Positions 1-12,800 of a stretch of 63,477 bases of DNA are shown in pieces. The stretch's first letter is position 1. Each line of letters starts with the position of its first letter. Under the pieces are notes generated by a model, which worked only from the letters and a program-made list of their open reading frames with translations, made no database searches and was not told where the DNA came from. The stretch is from the NCBI GenBank assembly GCA_051453625.1, contig JBOZIK010000001.1, positions 12,501,238-12,564,714 on the forward strand, read 5' to 3'. This stretch comes from Welwitschia mirabilis (Eukaryota). A program made the position numbers and the translations under genes.

Positions 1-1060
1 TGTTTAGTAAATTTTAAATAATGTATCATTGAGGTAGGTTGGGATGAATGATTAATAATAAATAACATATTTACTTTGAAATTTGTTTATGAATTTTACA
101 AGAATTTAAGATTTTATGAAAAGAATAATGTGTTGGAAACAATTGTTGAGAATAAAAGAATATCAATTACTCAAGAAGAAATCACAAGAATGTTGCTCTT
201 ACCATTTGGAGGTAAATCTATTAAGGATACAAGTAGGAAGGAAGATACAAATTTAAGCGTGAGTCTATTAAGAAGGATAGTAGTACGAGGTAACTTACCT
301 ATAAATAAAGCTTTATACTAGAGTTATTTATTATTCCAAGAATTGTGGCTAGTAATTTAGTGTGAATTCTTTACAAACAAAAGGGTATCACATTACCTAT
401 TCTGTACATGAAAGAAGCTATAAAGGATAGAACAAATCAAACAAATGTTAATATTATAGAAGGAATCTTTTTAGGTTTAGTTATACATATTTCAAAAATG
501 AAGAAATTTGGAATAGAAGCTTATGGTGTAGTGGGGTTAGAATTTCCATCTTTGATAGACCAAATACTAAGTAAAAATAGGTTCCATTTAGGCCAAGTAA
601 GTTCTGTGTGGATTTAACAATTCAATGTCTTTTTGGAGTTAAAGAATTAATCCTTTAAAAACCATAAAGCAAAGAAGTTAAACTCAAGGAACTTCTCAAT
701 TAGAACTAGGTGAACCCTCTTTTGTTCTTTAGAGCTTTCCATCATTATTTCCTCTTATAAGTGTGGGCGAAGATCCAACTTAGTTTACTTTCAAAGAACT
801 TCCTCCTCCTCATCCATTATATCCTAGTCCATTCTATAAAGCACTAGGAGATAATACGTTTAATAGTCTTTGCACTGCTTTAAATTTAGTTAAGGATGAA
901 ATTCAAACTTATCTTGATTGAAAGAAAGAATTATCAGAATTGCAGAACCAAGTTGCTTGTTAAGAATTGAGAATGAATTTTTAAGATAAAAATTAGATCA
1001 AGAAAAAAAAATGTTAAAAAATTACAACAATGAATGATCAAAAAGGAGGAAAGTGTTTAA
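1..1060 (+). mobile_element. Degenerate env-like/'putative plant transposon protein' ORF of an LTR retrotransposon (Sirevirus- or Athila-type) followed by a PPT-like tract
   Basis: ORF 76-321 reads FVYEFYKNL...KRISITQEEITRMLLLP, matching the LVxEFYxN..I...I...LxLP pattern. A coiled-coil-like relic lies at ~900-1020, then ATGATCAAAAAGGAGGA (~1034-1050), which resembles the Sirevirus GATGAxAAAAAGGGGGAG multi-PPT. Confidence 0.4.
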
Positions 1061-2449
1061 CTCTCAGAATCATATAAGGACATGAGTAGAAAATTATACA
1101 AAGCATGTGAGTGAAATGTTAAATTATAAACAGCTGTTGAAGATAGAAATGAATTAGAAATTTTTCCAAAAAAAAGACCAAAATATTAGCCTTTTTATTG
1201 TAGAATCTCACTTCAACTAAGAAATATAATGCTAAATATATAAAGCATCAAAAAAAATTTATTACATTTATATATAATAAAGGGATTTTAACATTAAATA
1301 AGGAATACTCAGAGAAAATCTACACAAACCTAAAAGGTATGAATGAAAAATATATGAAGATTTAGGCAAAGGCCCAGAAGTATAGACACAAATGGATTGA
1401 AGTCTAAAATTTAATTAATATATTTTATAAGTAAATAAGAGATTTATTAATCAAATAACAGAAGAAAATANNNNNNNNNNCATCAAATTTAGCTATTTAG
1501 CATATGACCTTAGAAATAAAAGAAGAGATTAGAAGGATAGTAAATTTAATACAAGATATTCCTTCAACCTCTTCAAATTTTGTTGCTAAAATTAAAAATA
1601 AAATAAAACTAAGTATTATAGATGCTTTCAAAGAATCTTATTTAGAATTGAAAAAGGATATTAGATTAATACATTAGAATATACCTAAATTCTTATTCAA
1701 AATTTAGAAAAAGAAAATATAAGATTACTACATGAATTATGCCTGATGGAGGTTAAATTAAGTAAAACCATGAAGGATTGGCAATTTCTTGAAGCCTTGA
1801 TTATTATCCCTAGAAGTTATNNNNNNNNNNNNNNNNNNNNNNNNNNNNNNNNNNNNNNNNNNNNNNNNNNNNNNNNNNNNNNNNNNNNNNNNNNNNNNNN
1901 NNNNNNNNNNNNNNNNNNNNNNNNNNNNNNNNNNNNNNNNNNNNNNNNNNNNNNNNNNNNNNNNNNNNNNNNNNNNNNNNNNNTGTGTGTGTGTGTATTG
2001 TATCATTGTGTTGCATCTACAAAATGTCATTTGACATGAGGATGAGGAAGAAGACCAAGATGGTATAAATACAATAACAACTTTAACCATAAACCTATTC
2101 TTCAAAAGTAAAGAAAGGAAATGGCAAAAAAAAAAAAAAGGAAGTGATAAAGAGTATAAGAAGGGAATCACCACAGAGAGGGAGGATCTTTTGGCAAAAA
2201 GGCTTTAGAAATAGAACTAAGCAAGAGATCAAAGAAAAGCTTTAGACACCCTAAAAAGGGAACAACATCATCTCTACTGTTTTAGTATTATCTGCAAAGG
2301 AAAACACAAAATTATTAGTGCATTTGTGTGTAAGATTCTTGTATTTTAATATAAAGCTAAAAAGGTAATTTTTTTAAGAAGTATTATGAACATGTTTTAT
2401 TACTTAAAAAAGTAATATCCTCTTTACTTGCACCTATTTGTGTAGCTAA

Positions 2450-3486
2450 CCACAAACTAGGATAATTAGTAATACTTAGAAATATGTATTAGAATTTAGT
2501 AAAACTTCTATTATGTTTTTCCATTTTTTTCATTCCCCATAATGTCAGATATGTATATAACAAACTCATTGGTTATCAACCTAACTAGTTCAAGCGACTT
2601 CATCATGAGTTTATTTTGATGATGCATTTTATACTAAATGGTTTAAATATTAGTGGTTTTAGCTAGTTATTTAGTAAATCTCTTATTTTAATTTAATCAT
2701 TAAGCTTATTTTAGATTAACAACATCATAGTTTTCTACATGTTTTAGCATAATTTNNNNNNNNNNNNNNTATTTATTTCAGAATATAAGATTGCATCAAT
2801 GCTTTAAAGGTTTCCACTATTTTTTCCAATTAAAGGTCCTTTACAAATAAAGGCAAAAGGACTTTTTGAAGGTGAATATAGGGTAAAGGTGATTGGGAAC
2901 CTTTATCCTAAAGTAGTAAGTTAGCAGTTGAAATGTTTATCATGTAGCTTTAGATGGAGTATTCATCTTTTTGTGTTAGGTGAAGGTTGTAATGATGAGT
3001 CAAATAAATGTCCTTTGTATCATGATGCTTCTATCAACTAATGCTATTACTACATGTCTCTAATCTCATCACACCTATCATTATTACATGGCACTGCCAT
3101 GAGTCTTCCATGTCACTATTACATGTCATTGAATATATTAGTTGTCTTTTATTTAATAATTAACTAAGCCCATAACCAGAATGTGATAATTTTTTCTTAA
3201 AGGCTTTATAAGGTATATTTTAATGCATTCTAGTTTAAAGAACCAATTACATCAGTTCCCTAGATGATGGCATTCATGTTTTTAGCTAGCTCTTCATATT
3301 TGAGTATGTCATCCAGAATGTAGCATTTTACCTCAAATTATTATGGGAAAGTGAATAAGTTTAGAAATTATATTGAAAAGGGTCAAATACATAATTTCAT
3401 GATTAAAAAAAACTATTTTAATATCTTTGATTAAGCTAAAGTAGTCAAATATATTTAGTCTAAATATCAATTATTTCATATTAACA
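2450..3486 (-). mobile_element. Diverged LTR related to the window's 'family A' Ty3/gypsy LTR, apparently inserted in the Sirevirus gag
   Basis: Terminus atttcatattaaca at 3473-3486 matches the family A terminus ttttcatgttaaca. Internal ttgcatcaatg and acatgtc/gccatgagtctt motifs are shared with 21640-21700 and with the reverse complement of 62340-62900. Left boundary uncertain. Confidence 0.5.
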
Positions 3487-3589
3487 CTTAGCTACTATGT
3501 GCTCAAACCCTTTGCGAGCATAGCATTAGGTACCCTTTTCTCTTGTATTGCCCTTGGATCCTAAGGATGTTGTGCCATGATCTCTCTTA

Positions 3590-6040
3590 TTTTTATATTT
3601 CTTACCTACCAATATCTTCTTGAATTTTCTAGTAAATAAAGATAATTATTTATCCATGTCAAAATCATAATTAGAAGCAAACGGAAAGGAGCTAGGTAAA
3701 TCATCATTATTATTATGTCTAGAGGAAGGAATGTGTTTAACATTAAGAGTCATATCTTTTCCTTANNNNNNNNNNNNNNNNNNNNNNNNNNNNNNNNNNN
3801 NNNNNNNNNNNNNNNNNNNNNNNNNNNNNNNNNNNNNNNNNNNNNNNNNNNNNNNNNNNNNNNNNTCCTTAATTACCTTTACAAATATGTTAAATCTCGA
3901 ATGTCAAAATGTCACTTATCGACTCTCCTAGCTTGCTATTTTCATTGTTCTCATTGTTCTTTATATCTTCAATTAAAAGCACTTTGTTTTCATAAGCCTT
4001 TGGGAGAGATCTTAATATCTTCTTAGTAATTTAACTTGATTTGAAAGGTTCTCCAAGTCCCTAAAGTCCATTAACTATATTCATGAGCTTATTGTTAAAT
4101 TTTATAAAGGTTTCATCATCTTACATTTAAATTTGCTCAAATTATGCAATAAGTATTTACTTCTTGATTTACTTAATTTAATTAGTTTCTTCACATATCA
4201 CCTACACGTAATCAGGTTATCTTTTACAGTGACAAAGTTTCTTACCTTTTTGTAATCCTCTGCATTGAGTTCATAGCATATTCTATGCATTTCCTTATTG
4301 TTAAGCATTTTTTTATCTTTATTTTTATCCTACCATGAACTCCTTAGCTTAATAATGAATGTAGTTATTCTATCTACTATTTGAGATTCCATTGAAGGGT
4401 TAAGATCTTCTTCCATAATTGTCTAGCAATCAAAACTCATTGCTCCAATGAAGACCTACATTATTATCTTCTAAACTCATAATTATCACTAGTGAAATAG
4501 GGTGGATGGTTAATGAGTTGACCTTCCATGATAAATATCCTATGAAAAATTAACTGAAAAGAAAACATTCATGATAAATATCCTATGAAAAAATTAACTG
4601 AAAAGAAAAAATCCCTACACTAATGTTCTAATACCATTCATTAGGATTGGCAATCCTAGAGGAGAGGGGTGAATAGAATAGCTTGAGTGATTTTTGCTAT
4701 ACTAAGCTTGAACAATGTAATCGATTATCAAATTAAATGATATTTAGTGTGGAAATAACTCTGATGATAATTCAAAGAATTAATAATGAATATCTTAACA
4801 TAGCACATGAATTATAACTAAAAGGCACAAGTATTGAAAAAAGAGCCTATTTTTCTTTATTCCAAGTGTAGTCTCTAGCTACACATCTAATAAGACTGTA
4901 CGATAGTCCTTCATCAGTATAATTGGGATTTTTTGGTAATTCTTAGCCACTTGTATAAGCAAATTTAGTTTACTTACATTTACAATCAGGTACAGAGAAA
5001 TAGAAGGTAGTAGAAAAGTACAACAAAAAATAAGATTGAATGATTATAAGAGTACTATTGTGAAATTGATAAAATGTTCTATCCATTACAATAGCTAAAT
5101 TATTTATACAAAAGCTATACTATCTATTGTAGGTTATAAGGATGAAGAATTTAACTATTATCTCCTTCCAAATAATTATTTAAGATTCCAGGATGATATT
5201 TCAATAGTTGTTAATAATCTATTATAGCTATATTTGTGTTTACTATTAGACAGTGATCGACCTCTCTTATGTGCCAGTCAACCCCTTATCTTACATTCAT
5301 TTTTTATAATGTTTGGAAGTTGGATGGTCAACCTCTATCAAAGGCCTAGTTNNNNNNNNNNNNNNNNNNNNNNNNNNNNNNNNNNNNNNNNNNNNNNNNN
5401 NNNNNNNNNNNNNNNNNNNNNNNNNNNNNNNNNNNNNNNNNNNNNNNNNNNATAGAAGATAGTAGAAGATTACAACAAAATAAGATTAAATGATTGTAAG
5501 AGTACTATCATGAAATTGATAAAAGGTTCTAGCCACTACAATAGTCAAATTATTTATACAAAAGATATACTATCTATTGTAGGTTATAATGATGAAGAAT
5601 TTGACTATTAGCCCCTTCTAAATAATTATCTAAGATTCCAGGATGATATTTCAATAGTTGTTAATAATCCACTATAGATATAGTGTGTTTACTATTAGAC
5701 CCCCTTATCTTACGTTCATTTTTTATAATGTTTAGAATTTAAGTGGTCAACACCTATCAAAGGCCTAGTTGACTACCTAATAGTCGACCCTCTACTACTG
5801 ATTAGTCAATTATCTATTAATTTTAATTATTTTCTTAAGTAGTATATGATCGATCCCCTACAGAATGTTGATTGATAGCATGATGAATTTCATCAACTCT
5901 GGTTTATTTTCTCTAAAATATGATCTCAAGATTCTTTTTCCTTTTCCCTTAGGCTTCTAATTTTCTCATTTCAAGGCATTCAGTTCATCCTATGGAAATC
6001 TTAGTTCATTAGTTTCATTAGATAGGATTTAACTTGTTAT
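3590..6040 (-). mobile_element. Ty1/copia Sirevirus (SIRE/Maximus)-like element: 5' LTR, PBS and pseudogenised gag
   Basis: The minus strand from 4529 translates as MEGQLINHPPYFTSDNYEF*K (DUF4219-like), ...DDETFIKFNNKLMNIVNGL*GLGEP...KKILRSLP (UBN2 gag) and ...LSLFTRKFKK. The PBS is at 4625-4636, the U5 signature (revcomp of CTATTCACCCCTCTCC) at 4661-4676, a TATA at ~5101, and decayed GTCGAC-type palindromes at 5270-5860. The outer LTR end is approximate. Confidence 0.75.
4625..4636 (-). promoter_or_regulatory. Primer binding site (tRNA-iMet) of the Sirevirus-like element
   Basis: Minus strand TGGTATTAGAAC, two transitions from TGGTATCAGAGC, between the LTR end and the gag start. Confidence 0.7.
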
Positions 6041-9000
6041 TAATTGATAAATAGAATGAACAACAAAAGGAAATATATAGGACATGCATTCAAGACTAAC
6101 TTTGAAATTTGTAAAGTTCCTAAAACCTTTAGAAAGCAATAGAACACCAACCATAAAATAGCAAGAACAATAGAGAAAGGATAAATGAAAGGGCCTAAAA
6201 TCCCTAGTTAAAAGAAAGAGAACTACAAGAAGCCAAGAAAAGAGTTACTAACAGAGATAAAATCAAGGTGTAGATGATAAAGCTAATAAGGAAAAAAACC
6301 AAACTTTTCTTAACCTAAATAATGCCTCAAGAGATCCTTCAAATGAGTGATCTAGGTTAAGTAAAGAGAAAAATATTACCCAATGTAAAGAGAAAAGCCT
6401 AAAAGTAATCATCCTTAGTAACAATGAGGAGGAAAAAGAAGGGATGAATATACAACAAATAGGANNNNNNNNNNNNNNNNNNNNNNNNNNNNNNNNNNNN
6501 NNNNNNNNNNNNNNNNNNNNNNNNNNNNNNNNNNNNNNNNNNNNNNNNNNNNNNNNNNNNNNNNTCTTTTTCCTTTTCCCTTAGTCTTCTAATTTTCTCA
6601 TTTCAAGGCATTCAGTTAATCCTATTGAAATCTTAGTTCATTAGTTTCATTAGATAGGATTTAACTTGTTATTAACTTATAACTAGAACGAGCAACAAAA
6701 GGAAATATACAGGGTGTGCATTCAAGACTAATTTTGAAATTTCTAAAGTTTCTAAAACCTTTAGAAAGAAATAGAATACCAACCATAAAGTAGCAAGAAC
6801 AATAGAGAAAGGACAAACGAAAGGGGATAAAATCCCTAGCTGAAAGAAAGGGAACTACAAGAAGCCAAGAAAAGAGTTACTAACAGAGATAGAATCAAGG
6901 TGTAGATGATAGAGCTAACAAGGGAAAAAACCAATCTTTTCTTAACCTAAATAATGCCTCAAGAGATCCTTTAAATAAGTGATATAAGTTAAGTAAAGAG
7001 AAAGATGTTACCCAATATGAAGAGAAAAGCCTAAAAGTAATCATCCTTAGTGCTAATGAGAAGGAAAAAGAAGGGATGAATATACAACAAATAGGAGGAG
7101 AAAATAACCACGCTCAGAAAGACTTGGATGGAAAGGCTATGGGAAGGTAACATGGGTAAAAATCCTAGAAAAGAACATAACAGTGTTAAGAGTCGTAGGG
7201 CTAGAGAAAGCATACAGAGAGTAATAAGACATAAGAATAAGATATGGAGTCTTTAAAATACCAACATTAGTAGCAAGAATAGCAACTACAGAAATGACAG
7301 CAAGAGTAATAGTAACAATAATAATAGAAGCTAGGGTAGAGAATGATAAAACATAAGAAGAAGATAAGAGGTCTTCAAAATGCCAACATTAATAGCAAGA
7401 ACAGCAACTACAATAGTAGAAATGATGGTAAGAGCAATAGCAACAATAACAATAGAAGCCAGGGTAAAGCTTAACCAAAGAGCTCAAGAAGGATTGCCAC
7501 ACTTAAATGAGGAAGACATGGAGTGACATACAAATTATGTGCAACATGACATGGAGAAAACTTAGAAAAAAGAAGTAGAGTATGATGAATTAGCAGAGAG
7601 GCTACACCAAATTAGGATTTAAACCAGGAAAATCCATGGAGCAAATCATTAAAGATTCTAAATATTGCTTTTTTAGTGGTACTTGGAAAAGAACTAGAAC
7701 CGAAAGAAGAAAATATTAGATGAAAGAATCCAGTTTAAAAATGCAAACCATATTCTAGAAAAGAAATGAACTAGAGCTACTTATTATTTTTATCATAGGG
7801 ATAAGTTGATGAGGAGATACAAAAGGTGGTGATATTAGTCTCTTTTAGTTTCTTGATTTTAGAAATTATGNNNNNNNNNNNNNNNNNNNNNNNNNNNNNN
7901 NNNNNNNNNNNNNNNNNNNNNNNNNNNNNNNNNNNNNNNNNNNNNNNNNNNNNNNNNNNNNNNNNNNNNNGAACAATAACTACAATAGTAGAAATTATGG
8001 CAAGAGCAATAGTAACAATAACAATATAAGCCAGGGTCAAGCTTAATCAAAGAGATCAAGAAGGCTCGCCACACTTAGATGAGGAAGACATGAAATGACA
8101 TCCAAATTATGTGCAACATGACATGGAGGAAACTTAGAAAAAGGAAGTAGAGTATGATGAATTAGCAGCAACAAGGGGTTACACCAAATTAGCATTTAAA
8201 CTAGGGAAATCCATGGAGCAAATCACTAAAGATTACTAAAGATTGGTTTTATAGTGGTACTTGGAAAAAAACTAGAACCAAAAGAAGAAAATATTAGATG
8301 AAAGAATCTAGTTTAAAAATGCAAAGCGTATTCTAGAAAAGAAATCAAGTAGAGCTACTTATTATTTTTATCATAGTGATAAGTTGATGAGAAGATACAG
8401 AAGGTGGTGGTATTAGTCTCTTTTAGTTTCTTAATTTTATAAATTATGTATTAAGTTTTTACTATTTACGTAAAAATAGTGGCCTTTATTTTATTAGCAA
8501 GAGTGGTTATCCCCACTTGGAAATGATTTTTGTACTCTTTTCTAATCTTCTATGAAATGGAATATAATTGAATAATTTTCTTATTAAAAAAAGAAAAGAA
8601 AGAAACAATTCCTACAAAAGACAAAAATAAATTAAAAAAATCTAAACATAGGAACGAGAAAAAGAACATCAAATTAAATAATTNNNNNNNNNNNNNNNNN
8701 NNNNNNNNNNNNNAAAAGTAGATAAAAGAACTCTATAAAAATCAAAAAAGAAAAAGGAACAAGTCATAAGAATAAGGAACCAATCCTCCCTTACATTTGG
8801 CTTCCATTATAAATAATAAAACTCTAACAGCCTCAATTAGCTAAGTAACTCAAAAAAGAATAAATACATAAAAAATCAAATAAACGATAAAATACAACAC
8901 TTTAAGCATACTTGTCAAATAAAGAAAACAAAATATCCTAAAAATATCCAAAGGTTACTAAATAAGAAATTAGATTTCATTTATTTATTTTTCATTTTTT

Positions 9001-9099
9001 TCAAGAATTTATCGTTTGAACTAAATAAATAATAAAAGAAGCCCAAGAAAGGAAGAAAAGAAGGAAGAGTAGTAGTGCCTTTAGGAGCTTCACCATATC

Positions 9100-12000
9100 A
9101 GAAAATAGGAAGAGCTACATTAAAAGTCACAATTACATATCAACTAATTGAAGGATGGGAAAAAACACTCAAAATGTTTTTTAAAATTTTTAATAATAGA
9201 AGATAGGCTAACAGCATTAAAAAGGTTTAATGGAAGGGACATATATATGAGATGGACCACATACAACAAGCCTTCATTGAAATTCTTTAATAGATATGGG
9301 TAAACACAGATGAGGGAAATTGTCAACTTTATAAGAAAAATCGNNNNNNNNNNNNNNNNTATGGGATGTGCATAAAAAAATGAAATTGAATTGAAGTATA
9401 ATTCTATATGACTAGATGATTAAATTCATCAATAATTTCTAGAAAATAATATAAGAGTCAATTGAGCTAGTGTTTAATAAAATGTCTTAGTTAAGATCAG
9501 TTCCTCATGCTTTGAACAACACTCATCCGGTTTTGCTTTCAAAAAATTAGGAGGCATTTGATGTTTAACATCATAGATCAATTGGTGTTTGTAATTTCAA
9601 CTATAGGATCTTTGCTAATAGCAATAATTAGGACCTTTTTTTAGAAAGTAGTAAGACTAAATCAACTAGATTTCTTAGAGAACGANNNNNNNNNNNNNNN
9701 NNNNNNNNNNNNNNNNNNNNNNNNNNNNNNNNNNNNNNNNNNNNNNNNNNNNNNNNNNNNNNNNNNNNNNNNNNNNNNNNNNNNNAATTGGCCCCTTTCT
9801 TTAGAAAGTAGTAAGATTAAATCAACTAGATTTCTTAGAGAACAAATCCATTCTTGATTATGTAATTTTCAATCATGATCTATTCCGTTTCATGCAATAA
9901 ACAAATCCATTCTTAATTATGTGATTTTAAATCATAAGCTATTTCATTTCATGTAAGAAAACAAGAAACGAGTTTTTGCCTTAAAGCTAGACATTAGAAA
10001 AGCTTATAATAGTGTGTCATGGAATTACCGTAAGAATATATTAACAAGTAAGGGCTTTTCTATATAGTTCATTAAATTAGTTATGCAAATACAAAAATCA
10101 ACTAAATTTAGCTTGAGAATTAATCAAACTATCCATAAATTCTTTAGTATAGAAAGAGCTCCAACACCGAGGGATCTCCTCTCACCTTATTTGTTCATAA
10201 TAATGCTAGACATTCTCTAAAATTATTTCATAAGAGAAGGTGGAAAGAGGATAAAACTCCATACAATGTAAATCATATGAAACCATAATATTTTCAAAAG
10301 ATAACATCTAGTAAATCATAGCAATTAAGATGAGATTGGAAACTTTTGTAAAGTAATTTAGATTAGCCATTAGCTAGCACAAAAGCAAATCCTATTTTAT
10401 TAATACTTGGACCAGTGTTAAATACATCATTGAAAGAATTCTTAGTGTAAGGAAAGGTAGTTTTATTTGGGTATACCAATGTTTAGATGGAATCGAGTAG
10501 GTTCTTGGGAATGGATCCTTCTCAAAATAGGTAGAAGTTATCATAGCTAAAACACTATTTTCCTATCCAGTAAGGAAAGGATTATCTTAGCCAACATGAT
10601 TATATCAGCTATGGCTAAGTATAGTTCTTTTATTAGGATCCTCTCAAAAAAACGAAGAAAACATTAAATAAAACAATAGAAAACTTTATTTGGGAAGAGA
10701 GTAAAGGATATTCCAAAACTCATACAAATGCTTTAAAAGAGATAGAAAAGATAGTGGAATCTAAAGCATGGGGAATACAAGATATAAAAGATAGTATTTT
10801 CATAGCAAAAATCAATGCAATCAGAAAAATTAACATAAGGGGAAATGTTCCCTCTATTAGAGTCCTAAAAATAAAGTACAAAGAATGGGAGTCAAGCAAG
10901 TAAATTCCCCCTTATAGTGGGCTTCTTACAAAGGGAGAGAAGAATTAGAAAAATTAATAACATGGGAGATTATAAGCTTAAATGATCTAGAGAATCTAAA
11001 ACCAATGAGGGATTTAAAAGTAAAAGATTATCAAAAAGGAGGGATTCTTCCCCACTTGAGAAATGAGGCTATCAATAGAGTCATCGATCGCTTGCAAGAG
11101 CTTATGGCCTTAATGAAAATTACTTTATCAATGAAGGAAGATCATCAAAAAATAGATGGAAATAATATTAACACAAAAGCTCTGCTAATTAAGAAGCATG
11201 AGATGAATAAGATATTGCAAGACACTTGATAGTAAAATATGATGGGGAAAAATGTAGTCCTAAAATGGTTAGTGATAAAGGATAAGGCTTTATTAGCATA
11301 GAACCTTAGGGAGAGGACCTATAAAAATTTAGAACATGTGGAACCTATGGGAAATTGGAGACAACCTTATATTTGTTCTATGATTCTTCCCTTGCATAGG
11401 AGTTGTGACAAGTATTTAACAATGACTTGAATTAGAACAAGATTTATAACACATCAAGTAAGTTCATTAACATGAAGTTGTTGTTCTTATGGTTGGTCCC
11501 AACTTAGTTCTTTGAGAATATAATCTCTAACATAGATGTAATTCTATCAAAATTCAAAAGAACAATTATGAGTTTTATTGTCCTTAAGCAAATGGGAAAA
11601 CATCTCANNNNNNNNNNNNNNNNNNNNNNNNNNNNNNNNNNNNNNNNNNNNNNNNNNNNNNNNNNNNNNNNNNNNNNNNNNNNNNNNNNNNNNNNNNNNN
11701 NNNNNNNCTTTATTAGCATAGAACCTTAGGAAGAGAGCTTATAAAAATTTAGAACATGTGGAACCTATGGACAATTGGAGACTACCTTATATTTGTTCTA
11801 GGATTCTTCCCTTGCATAGGAGATGTGACAAGTATTTAACAATGACTTGAATTAGAACAAGATTTGTAACACACCAAGTAAGTTCATTAACATGAAGTTG
11901 TAGTTCTTAGGATTGGTCCCAAATTAGGTCTTTAAGAATATAAGCTCTAACATAGATGTAATTCTATCAAAAATCAAAAGAACAATTATGAGTTTTATTG

Positions 12001-12600
12001 TTCTTAAGAAAATGGGAAAACATCTCAATTTGAACCTATGAATAGAGATAAGTTAAGATGAGTTGTAGGCTCTAAAATAGAAGAGAATCAATAGGATGGG
12101 CTCCACTGGTGGAGTTAAAAGCAATCCATCTTTCATCTTCAAGAAATATTTAATGAATGAAAAATTAGTGGACAAATAGAAAAGACACCAAGTTGCATTC
12201 CATATTATTTATCAAGGGCTACAGCTTCAAGAGGTAGGAGAACAAATCCTTCTAAATTTCCCTAATATTAAAGAAAAAGAATTTTTTTTTGAGTGGGTTA
12301 CTTCAAGAACAAAGAAAGGTTTCATTTAGAAATTTAAGCTATGAAAACCCTAAATCCCAATTGTGGAGTTTATTGATAGGTGAATTGTATGAGTTAAAAT
12401 TCATTTGAAGCTAAAAGGCCTCCATTTCAATTTCCTTTTAGCACTCAAGAAGGGAACGTAAGTTAATCTACTACTTTTTTTCACAGAAAATCTTTGAGAC
12501 TACATAGGTAAGAGGTATTCTAGTTTAATTATAAAGTTAATTAACTTTTTAAGGGATGCAGAAGCTAGAGGAGATCACATTCTACGTGAGCCCCTGTGAA
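9100..12600 (+). mobile_element. L1-clade LINE ORF2 remnant (RT and downstream region), heavily decayed
   Basis: LKDGKKHSKCF (~9148; WxKEGDxNTKFF-like), NNTHPVLLSK..HRSIGVCNFNYRI (~9515-9610), FALKLDIRKAYNSVSW (~9975-10022), and RDLLSPYLF (~10170-10197), all L1 RT motifs with stops and frameshifts. Confidence 0.8.
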
Positions 12601-12800
12601 AGAAGCAAGGGGGGATGACTCTTAGAGGAGTGACCATGTTATGAATGTTTCATGCCTAATAATGATAAGGTCTAGAATGGATAGCATGACCAATTTCAAA
12701 AATCAACCTAGGGCAAATGCTCCTTAGGAATAGCATGAATAAGAGAAAGTAACTTACTCAAACTAGCCATAGCTTGTAGAGGAAGTCAGAGCAAGTATCA

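Noticed and set aside
1500-2300. Lys/Ile/Glu-rich coiled-coil-like reading frame relic
   Set aside because: Broken by stops and gaps with no diagnostic motif; cannot be assigned.
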